Virus record (IMG/VR): IMGVR_UViG_3300045988_050886
Length of the DNA: 19,592 nucleotides
Direction: 5' to 3' (one strand)
From: a virus
In this document: positions 13,626 to 19,592 of the stretch, piece after piece
How the letters are laid out: each line of letters starts with the position of its first letter
Position numbering within the stretch: the stretch's first letter is position 1
Position numbers and translations under genes: made by a program
Notes under the pieces: generated by a model
What the model was told of the DNA's origin: nothing
What the model saw: only the letters and a program-made list of their open reading frames with translations
The model's database searches: none

Positions 13626-13822
13626 GGGACGTGCCGAATATCCTGGTCCCATTGTATTTCTCCTATGCCGCCACCGGGACATTGAAGGGGCTTGCTTTGC
13701 CGTTTTATTTTTCCATGAGCCTAGGGCGCACCCCAGCCGGGACGATAGTCACGGACGGGGTGACCGATTTTTATTCTTGCGGGAACTGCATCTACATCAG
13801 AGAAAGAGAAAATCATGAATGA
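13556..13822 (+). CDS. Hypothetical ORF with unresolved start (at most 88 aa)
   Basis: This is the only frame covering 13626-13814. Its stop overlaps the next start (ATGAATGA), which suggests translational coupling. No convincing RBS precedes ATG 13556, TTG 13622 or GTG 13631. Confidence 0.3.
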   Translation: MLSSGFRRAQGCGQQERDGDTTLRDVPNILVPLYFSYAATGTLKGLALPFYFSMSLGRTPAGTIVTDGVTDFYSCGNCIYIRERENHE

Positions 13823-13997
13823 AAATGACGAAAACAGCGACATGTACGGGCACACCACAACCTACGGACTACCTCTCTACACCGACGATACCCCGTCCGA
13901 TCTGCGCGACGGATATAATCGGGCAATGGTGATGATCGACCGACTCATACACCAGCTCGAAACCCTCATCCGCGAAACCAAAGGAGCCAACCAATGA
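13815..13997 (+). CDS. Small tail-fibre-related protein, 60 aa (paralogue of the fibre N-terminal module)
   Basis: YGLPLYTDDTPSDLRDGYNRAMVMIDRLI parallels YALNLYGDSDPADLRDGYNGSMRTIDTTL at the N-terminus of the next gene. Its stop overlaps the next ATG (ATGA). Confidence 0.6.
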   Translation: MNENDENSDMYGHTTTYGLPLYTDDTPSDLRDGYNRAMVMIDRLIHQLETLIRETKGANQ

Positions 13998-15451
13998 GCA
14001 CCATCTACGACAAAACCGACAATTATGCTCTCAACCTCTACGGGGATAGTGACCCCGCAGATTTGAGGGACGGATATAACGGGTCCATGCGCACTATCGA
14101 CACGACTCTCGAAACTCACCTCAATCGCATCGAGGGTGTGGAGTCGCGAGAAACGCATGATGAGGAAGTGGTCAAGGCGCTGCTTGGTGATAACACGGTG
14201 GACAATGCCGCCGCAAGTAAGACCAAGTGGGATAAGGCCGGTACCGACGCCACAGCCGCCGCCGCAGCGGCCACCGCCGCCGCAGGTAAGGCAGACAACA
14301 ACAGCTCCATTCTCGCCGCGCTCGGCGCGGACACCGCCGCGCACGCCACCGACGCGAAAACCAAGTGGGATAAAGCAGGAGTGGACGCCACCACCGCGAT
14401 CGGCAAAGCCGACTCGAACAAAACCATCCTCACCGCGCTAGGGGCCGACACCACCGCGCATGCCACCGCAAATAAAACAAAATGGGATAAAAACACTACG
14501 GATATCACCACACTATCCACCTTGGTGGGCAATAATTCCTCTCAGATCGCGCAGATTCTGGAAAAACTGGGACAAACGCAGTACGAAGACGGATATTTAG
14601 TGACATTCGGCGACTCTTACGCGGATAATACGCGCGAACGCACTTGGTCATACCAATTGTCTACCATGTTTCCGGAACTGCAGTGGAAAAACTATGCGAA
14701 ATCGGGCGCGGGTTTCAACGTGTCCGGCATTCCGACTTTTGCTCAGCAAGTTGCCAACTGCGTAGCTGATACCAGTGTGGACAACGCTAAAGTCAAAGTT
14801 GCCGTGTGCGCGGGCGGACGCAATGATATCCTGGACTGGACCACAGGAACGACTAAGGCACGTGAAGTGGTGTTAGCGATGGAATCGGCATTCCCAAACG
14901 CGATTGTCGTAATCGCCCCCATGCTGTTCGATCACTCCACCCTCAGCGAAGGAGGCATGAATAAATACGATGCCCTATTCAGCGGGGCTCTGGATGCTTC
15001 GCTGGGCAATCATCGTGTGGTGGTAGTGGACAGCGCGTACGTGTGGTGCAAAAGTGAAACCGGTTGGTTCCCTTCGGGCGATATCCACCCTAATGCGACT
15101 GGTGCGAAAGTCATTGCCAAATACCTCTATACCGCATGTCGGGACAGCTACCGTGGCAGGCAGGCGTACGCAGTTTCCAAGTTCGGTGATATGCAAGTGG
15201 AATTTAAGCTACAGAACGGAATTATTGTCGTGGATGGGCAGGGGGACATCCCATCAATCGGACAGGGTAAGGGCGGTCAGTTGGCGGGCTGGGCTAAGCC
15301 ACGTCACAATATTTGGACGTGGATAGTCACCGGCGGCAGTCTTACTACACCGACACTGGGCTATATCGCACCTAGCGGCGAGTGGGGTATTTACAAGGTC
15401 TCCGAATCCAACCAGGGTCACGCGAATTTCATGGCGTCCTATGCCGCGTAG
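13994..15451 (+). CDS. Tail fibre / appendage with C-terminal SGNH (GDSL) esterase domain, 485 aa
   Basis: SGNH block I VTFGDSYADN, block III CAGGRNDIL and block V SGDIHPNATG (DxxH). The N-terminal anchor motif is followed by KTKWDK-type repeats. It occupies the position of phi29 gp12. Confidence 0.8.
   Translation: MSTIYDKTDNYALNLYGDSDPADLRDGYNGSMRTIDTTLETHLNRIEGVESRETHDEEVVKALLGDNTVDNAAASKTKWDKAGTDATAAAAAATAAAGKADNNSSILAALGADTAAHATDAKTKWDKAGVDATTAIGKADSNKTILTALGADTTAHATANKTKWDKNTTDITTLSTLVGNNSSQIAQILEKLGQTQYEDGYLVTFGDSYADNTRERTWSYQLSTMFPELQWKNYAKSGAGFNVSGIPTFAQQVANCVADTSVDNAKVKVAVCAGGRNDILDWTTGTTKAREVVLAMESAFPNAIVVIAPMLFDHSTLSEGGMNKYDALFSGALDASLGNHRVVVVDSAYVWCKSETGWFPSGDIHPNATGAKVIAKYLYTACRDSYRGRQAYAVSKFGDMQVEFKLQNGIIVVDGQGDIPSIGQGKGGQLAGWAKPRHNIWTWIVTGGSLTTPTLGYIAPSGEWGIYKVSESNQGHANFMASYAA
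14219..14515 (+). repeat. In-frame repeats in the fibre shaft (KTKWDKAG.DAT...GKAD.N..IL.ALGADT.AHAT), about 2.4 copies
   Basis: Units start at 14219 (46 aa), 14357 (39 aa) and 14474 (partial). The first unit has an extra poly-Ala insertion. Confidence 0.8.
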
Positions 15452-15463
15452 GATCGCTGATAC

Positions 15464-15505
15464 GTGATAGCCATACTCTATACTAAGAGTATGGCTATCA
15501 CTTTT
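15464..15505 (+). terminator. 15-bp perfect hairpin plus TTTT; its 3' arm contains the tail-lysin start codon
   Basis: GTGATAGCCATACTC (15464-15478), loop TATACTAA, GAGTATGGCTATCAC (15487-15501), then TTTT. ATG 15491-15493 lies in the 3' arm. Confidence 0.65.
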
Positions 15506-16702
15506 GCTCAATGGATTGACCAGACAAAAAACCGTTTTTGGGACATGGACGGCGCATACGGCGCACAATGCTGGGACTTGTGGGCGAAATACAGTATGGA
15601 TATGTACGGCATGAGCATACAGGATTGCATCACCCCCACCGGCTATGCGGGCGGCTTGTACACTTCATACCCCGTGTCCGCACGGTGCGAACAAGTGTAC
15701 GAACGCATCCCCGCAAATGGATACTCGCCAGTAGCAGGAGACGTGGCAATATGGGGATATAACACGTATACTCCCTATACGCACGTGGCGATAGTCGCGG
15801 CAGATGGCGTAAAAGACGAGCAGATCTACGTTATCACCCAGAACCCCGACGCCAGCGCGTTGAAATTGTTTCCCACCATTGGACTGTTAGGCTACTTGCA
15901 TCCCCGTACCATGCTTAAGCCGGACACCAATAATCCGACCGGCGACAACAACCAGGGCAACCCCGACACGTCACGCGGGGGAGCGTGGATACATTGGCAG
16001 GGCGACAACCTCTACTTGCACGAGACAGACAATGCCGGGACTCGGACACGCATCTTTTACCGTACTACGGCCAATAATTTTTCCGAAAAAGCGTCCCGAT
16101 CCCAGCCGTCAGACTCGCAAGGACAGGGGCACCCGTCCAGCTCGGTCAGTACGGAAAACTCGTACGCGCTCTATGTGGTTGGCACGGTTGAGTCCGGTTT
16201 GCGCTGGGATGCAGTCGAAGCCGCCAATTTGCAAGGTATCGGCATTGCGCAATGGAGTTTCGAGCGCCGCCTGCAAGTGCTCAACGCGATGAAAACCGCC
16301 GACCCAACCGGATATGAGGCATTCAAAACCGCCGCGCCTGGAATAGCCGCGCTCATGGAGTCGGGCGGAACGTTCAAACGTTCACTCACCTCAGCGGAGG
16401 CGGCCGCATTCCGCACGTGGGCGGCACGCAATGAGTCGCGTGACGGGCAACGCAACCAGTTCGCGGAGGACTATGCGGGCTATCCTAAAGAGTATGCCGA
16501 CGCGAAAATGCAGATTCTTTGGGTGACGGCATACCACCAGTCACCCGCGAATGCGTTGAAGGTGCCGAAGGCGTCGAACCTCGCACAGCTCAAAAGCAAC
16601 ATTCTGAGCACGTTCCCGTTCGGCCCGTACACGAATCGATACAATCAGGCATATTCGTTGCTGAGTGTGTGGGATGGAAAATCTAATCCGCCAACGTTCT
16701 AA
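15491..16702 (+). CDS. Tail-associated peptidoglycan hydrolase (phi29 gp13 analogue): N-terminal CHAP plus C-terminal lysozyme-like domain, 403 aa
   Basis: CHAP signature DMDGAYGAQCWDLW with catalytic Cys, and a downstream YTHVAIV. The C-terminal VESGLRWD...GIGIAQWSFERR resembles the phage tail-lysozyme (gp13 N-terminal type) pattern. A Gly/Asn/Pro linker separates the domains. The start is chosen by N-terminal alignment with endolysin 18284. Confidence 0.75.
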   Translation: MAITFAQWIDQTKNRFWDMDGAYGAQCWDLWAKYSMDMYGMSIQDCITPTGYAGGLYTSYPVSARCEQVYERIPANGYSPVAGDVAIWGYNTYTPYTHVAIVAADGVKDEQIYVITQNPDASALKLFPTIGLLGYLHPRTMLKPDTNNPTGDNNQGNPDTSRGGAWIHWQGDNLYLHETDNAGTRTRIFYRTTANNFSEKASRSQPSDSQGQGHPSSSVSTENSYALYVVGTVESGLRWDAVEAANLQGIGIAQWSFERRLQVLNAMKTADPTGYEAFKTAAPGIAALMESGGTFKRSLTSAEAAAFRTWAARNESRDGQRNQFAEDYAGYPKEYADAKMQILWVTAYHQSPANALKVPKASNLAQLKSNILSTFPFGPYTNRYNQAYSLLSVWDGKSNPPTF

Positions 16703-16706
16703 AGTG

Positions 16707-16715
16707 TGGTATACT
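16707..16715 (+). promoter_or_regulatory. Extended -10-like element TGGTATACT
   Basis: TGnTATACT lies 5 nt after the tail-lysin stop. The 10-mer GTATACTTGA (16709-16718) recurs at 12791-12800. Confidence 0.35.
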
Positions 16716-16775
16716 TGATAGCGGCGGTGGTTATGTGATGACCTTTCCCTCGAACAGCCGCCAGATGATAGGTAT

Positions 16776-16807
16776 GGGGGGCGTGCGAGTCATGGCGCAC
16801 GCCCCCC
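16776..16807 (+). terminator. 12-bp GC-rich perfect hairpin (GGGGGGCGTGCG / CGCACGCCCCCC) upstream of the ATPase gene
   Basis: Perfect stem with an 8-nt loop and a poor U-tract (ACTAGTTT). It lies 10 nt before RBS CAGGAGGG. Confidence 0.45.
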
Positions 16808-16831
16808 ACTAGTTTCAGGAGGGTTGCAAGC

Positions 16832-17899
16832 ATGACATTGCAGACGCTTGACGAGGGCGATTATTACGATCTGCATAATCTGTTGACGCGAAACGCCCCA
16901 TGGAATTTCATAATCGGCGCACGCGGCCTAGGCAAAACGTTCGCCGCGAAACGGTATGGCATCAAAGAATACATCAAGCACGGTCACGAGTTCATTTATC
17001 TACGCCGTACCGATGTGGAACAGCACCGCAAGGAAACGTTTTTCAAGGACATTCAAGAGTTCTTCCCATCCTACGAGTTTCGAGTCAACGGCGAAAAAGG
17101 GCAATTGCATAAGACGTCATGGGACGAGAAGGACTGGAGGACATGCTGTTATTTCGTCGCCCTCTCCCAAGCAGGCGGATTGAAATCAGTCGCCTACCCT
17201 AAAGTGCACTTGATTATCTTCGACGAAATATTCCCCGACAATCTGCGCTTCTTAAGCAATGAGGTAAACTCGTTTTCCGAGTTTTACAATACGGTTGACC
17301 GTTGGCAGGATAGAACAAAAGTTCTATTCTTGTCGAACGCTGTTCAAAAGGCTAATCCGTATTTCGCTAAATACCGACTTGACATTGGCGCACAGCAAGC
17401 CAACCAACAACAATACAAGTTGTATTGCGGGGGGTTCGTATGTCTCGAACTGGCCGACTATGGCGGCTTCTCAGCAAAAGTCGCACAATCCAAGTTCGGC
17501 AGATTCCTTGAGCAATACGACGGGGATTATGCCGACTATGCGATCAGAAACAAATTCCGCGACGAATCAGACACGTTACTAGCACCTATACCGAGCGACG
17601 GCGAACTCTCCTACGTGCTGGACACTACCGACTACGCGCGGTTTGGGATATGGGTAAGCGTGTCCGAACGCGACGGACATGTTTCACAATATGTTTCACG
17701 GCGCATACCCAAAGACAACAATCGCCCCGTCTACACGCTCGACCCCAATCATGTTGACGAAAAAACATGGTATGTTAAAAAATCAGATGATATTATACGC
17801 CGACTCACCGCCGGCTACCGACTTGGAAAAATACGGTTCGACGACTCACAAGTGAAAGCCGACTTTGGATTAATCATAGGAGAACTACTAGGAAAGTAA
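16832..17899 (+). CDS. DNA encapsidation ATPase (phi29 gp16-like), 355 aa
   Basis: Walker A IIGARGLGKTF, Walker B HLIIFDE, plus FIYLRR and FLSNAVQKANPYF. These are collinear with phi29 gp16 as I recall it. Confidence 0.9.
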   Translation: MTLQTLDEGDYYDLHNLLTRNAPWNFIIGARGLGKTFAAKRYGIKEYIKHGHEFIYLRRTDVEQHRKETFFKDIQEFFPSYEFRVNGEKGQLHKTSWDEKDWRTCCYFVALSQAGGLKSVAYPKVHLIIFDEIFPDNLRFLSNEVNSFSEFYNTVDRWQDRTKVLFLSNAVQKANPYFAKYRLDIGAQQANQQQYKLYCGGFVCLELADYGGFSAKVAQSKFGRFLEQYDGDYADYAIRNKFRDESDTLLAPIPSDGELSYVLDTTDYARFGIWVSVSERDGHVSQYVSRRIPKDNNRPVYTLDPNHVDEKTWYVKKSDDIIRRLTAGYRLGKIRFDDSQVKADFGLIIGELLGK

Positions 17900-17910
17900 G
17901 GAAACAATTA

Positions 17911-18282
17911 ATGACAATGACAACAACAGATATATGGTGCGTGTTTGCAATAGTCTTCTTCATCGTTGTAGATTACGTCACCGGTATTGCTAAAGCAATA
18001 CTCAACAACACGTTGAGTTCACAAAAAATGCGACAAGGCTTATGGCACAAGTTCGCCTACCTCATGCTAACCCTAGTAGCCTATTTTGTAGACATGATCA
18101 ACCTACACGTAGATCTTGGACTACCAGTCAGCGTGTTCGTCTGCACGGTCGGCGGCATCAGCCTCATCGAACTCACCTCCATCCTAGAAAACATCACAGC
18201 CATCAACCCCGAATTAGCAGACGCCCCATTTATGAGCATATTCGCAAACACCAACACCCCCAAACATAGGAAGGAAAACTAA
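17911..18282 (+). CDS. Holin (phage_holin_4 / TcdE-like family), 123 aa
   Basis: Three hydrophobic segments. The DYVTGIAKA motif and LSSQKMRQGLWHKF are typical of this family. It lies directly upstream of the endolysin. Confidence 0.8.
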   Translation: MTMTTTDIWCVFAIVFFIVVDYVTGIAKAILNNTLSSQKMRQGLWHKFAYLMLTLVAYFVDMINLHVDLGLPVSVFVCTVGGISLIELTSILENITAINPELADAPFMSIFANTNTPKHRKEN

Positions 18283-18283
18283 C

Positions 18284-18937
18284 ATGAATATCCAAGAATG
18301 GATGAACAACGTTAACGGCAAAATCATCGACATGGACGGCGCATACGGCGGACAATGCTGGGACTTATGGAGCAACTACGCCCGCAACGTATACGGCATC
18401 CCAGCCGCCGACACCAACACCGTAGACGGATACGCCGCAAGCGTCTACACTACACGATACGACCGCTCCAAAGCATTGCAAAACACGTTCACCCGCGAAG
18501 CAGGAAACTATACACCAGTTTACGGTGACGTGGCCTTCTGGAACGGCAACGGCATGAACCATGTAGCGATTGTAGTACGAGACAACGGCAACGGCACCCT
18601 GGAAACCATGTCACAAAACCCAAACAAAGCCGGATACATGACCATCACTAAAAACGGCATTATCGGCTACTTCCACCCACGCACGACAAACAATAACGTA
18701 ACCATCACCCCACGACTCTACAAAGTCAACGTTAACGTACTCAACGTACGCTCCGCCCCATCAACCTCAGCACAGATAGTCGCCCAATACCACTACGGAC
18801 AAACCGTCAACCTATCCGAAGGCGGTGTGATCGCAGACGGATACATTTGGGCACACTACACAGGCTATTCAGGCAAAACCCGATACATCGCACTCGCACC
18901 AGCCGACAAGTCCGCATGGTATCTCGTATTCGCCTAA
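18284..18937 (+). CDS. Endolysin: CHAP amidase/peptidase plus C-terminal SH3b cell-wall-binding domain, 217 aa
   Basis: DMDGAYGGQCWDLW, NHVAIVV, and the SH3b-like YKVNVNVLNVRSAPSTSAQIVAQYHYGQTV...GYIWAHY. RBS AGGAAGGA. Confidence 0.85.
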   Translation: MNIQEWMNNVNGKIIDMDGAYGGQCWDLWSNYARNVYGIPAADTNTVDGYAASVYTTRYDRSKALQNTFTREAGNYTPVYGDVAFWNGNGMNHVAIVVRDNGNGTLETMSQNPNKAGYMTITKNGIIGYFHPRTTNNNVTITPRLYKVNVNVLNVRSAPSTSAQIVAQYHYGQTVNLSEGGVIADGYIWAHYTGYSGKTRYIALAPADKSAWYLVFA

Positions 18938-18952
18938 ATTGACAGCATAAGA

Positions 18953-18983
18953 AAAGCCCCTAGGCTCATCACCTAGGGGCTTT
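18953..18983. terminator. Bidirectional intrinsic terminator between convergent genes
   Basis: 12-bp perfect stem AAAGCCCCTAGG/CCTAGGGGCTTT with a 7-nt loop. It is flanked by an A-run upstream and T-rich sequence downstream. Confidence 0.8.
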
Positions 18984-18988
18984 ACTTA

Positions 18989-19228
18989 TTACCACATGAA
19001 CGCTTCAATATCCTCAGCAGAAAACAGGAATGGGCGATCATCTGTCTCATAAGGCAAAATGAATTGATAAGAATCATACAAGGCCACGCCGTAATCATCA
19101 ACGGCCTGATCACGATCAATCGAACTCGTAACACCGTCCTTGACACCATGAAGCGTCACAGACGGGTCATCCCACAAAGTGGTCAGCAGTTCATTCTTTC
19201 CCTTGAGCGCCATATTTGAAACCATCAT
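18989..19228 (-). CDS. Acidic early protein, 79 aa (start codon lies inside ITR-R)
   Basis: It is the only - strand gene and uses the ITR copy of the promoter, RBS and ATG. It has about 17 Asp/Glu against 5 Lys/Arg. No recognisable domain. Confidence 0.6.
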   Translation of the reverse strand: MMVSNMALKGKNELLTTLWDDPSVTLHGVKDGVTSSIDRDQAVDDYGVALYDSYQFILPYETDDRPFLFSAEDIEAFMW

Positions 19229-19263
19229 TTTATTTTTTCCTTTCCCTTGAAGTTGATAACTAC

Positions 19264-19272
19264 ACTATAACA
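19264..19272 (-). promoter_or_regulatory. Inward extended -10 promoter in ITR-R (mirror copy)
   Basis: Reverse complement of 321-329. It would drive the - strand gene 18989..19228. Confidence 0.5.
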
Positions 19273-19447
19273 CAAACAAACAAACGACACGCCCAAAAAC
19301 AAAACAAAGCAAAAAAATAAAAAACAACCAACAGCCACCAATAAGCTACGGTTACGTAACCGTAACCTAACCACACACAGATTGTTGCACATACAACCAT
19401 TGACACAGTGTCAATAAAAAAAACGACACGCCCGAAAATAAAAAAAA

Positions 19448-19476
19448 TTGACATGATGGCGTAAAAAAAATATAAT
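19448..19476 (+). promoter_or_regulatory. Outward-facing consensus promoter in ITR-R (TTGACA, 17 nt, TATAAT)
   Basis: TTGACA 19448-19453, spacer TGATGGCGTAAAAAAAA (17 nt), TATAAT 19471-19476. It points at the right terminus. Confidence 0.6.
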
Positions 19477-19592
19477 AGAGGCACAAACAAAACAAAGAAA
19501 CACAAACCACACAGAACAAAAAAAAATAATACACAAATAAAAAAAACCACAAGGGAAAATCTTCACACAAATCCATACCCCTCCCACTCCTG

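Larger units (their letters stand above)
19226..19592. repeat. Right inverted terminal repeat (ITR-R), 367 bp
   Basis: Mirror copy of 1-367. It reaches the last base of the window, which implies a complete linear genome. Confidence 0.95.

Noticed and set aside
1-19592. Search for tRNAs, CRISPR arrays, integrase or repressor (lysogeny) genes, transposases and toxin-antitoxin pairs
   Set aside because: I saw no cloverleaf-like candidates, no spaced direct-repeat arrays, and no ORFs with recombinase or HTH-repressor signatures. The genome looks strictly lytic and fully accounted for by the phage modules described.

Overview
The window is bounded by a 367-bp inverted terminal repeat: 1-367 is the reverse complement of 19226-19592. 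It therefore looks like a complete 19.6-kb linear genome of a small phi29-like podophage that replicates by protein priming. The lysis genes (CHAP and SH3b domains) point to a Gram-positive host. All genes but one lie on the + strand. The left arm (365-2169) holds about seven tightly packed small orphan early genes. A replication operon follows in phi29 order: p6-like DNA-binding protein, p5-like SSB, terminal-protein candidate and family-B protein-primed DNA polymerase (2173-5515). Next is a ~170-nt structured, promoter- and terminator-bounded non-coding region (5508-5693), which I propose is a pRNA-like packaging RNA. The late module (5748-18937) then encodes acidic scaffold, major capsid with Ig-like domains, gp9-like tail knob, gp10-like connector, an inserted N6-adenine DNA methyltransferase, gp11-like lower collar, small tail-associated ORFs, an SGNH-esterase tail fibre, a CHAP plus lysozyme-like tail lysin, gp16-like packaging ATPase, holin and CHAP-SH3b endolysin. 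One acidic early gene (18989-19228) reads inward on the - strand from the right ITR. No tRNA, CRISPR array, integrase or lysogeny genes are visible. The observations most worth following up are listed here. (1) The pRNA-like RNA. (2) ITRs that each carry a perfect outward-facing consensus promoter plus an inward promoter, RBS and ATG shared by two different genes. (3) A polymerase whose Exo I/II/III motifs look degenerate. (4) The methyltransferase inserted in the structural module. (5) Mirror-image codon and base skew in the two arms. (6) A terminator hairpin that buries the tail-lysin start codon. Everything was done by eye. Comparisons to phi29 proteins rely on my memory of those sequences and need computational confirmation.
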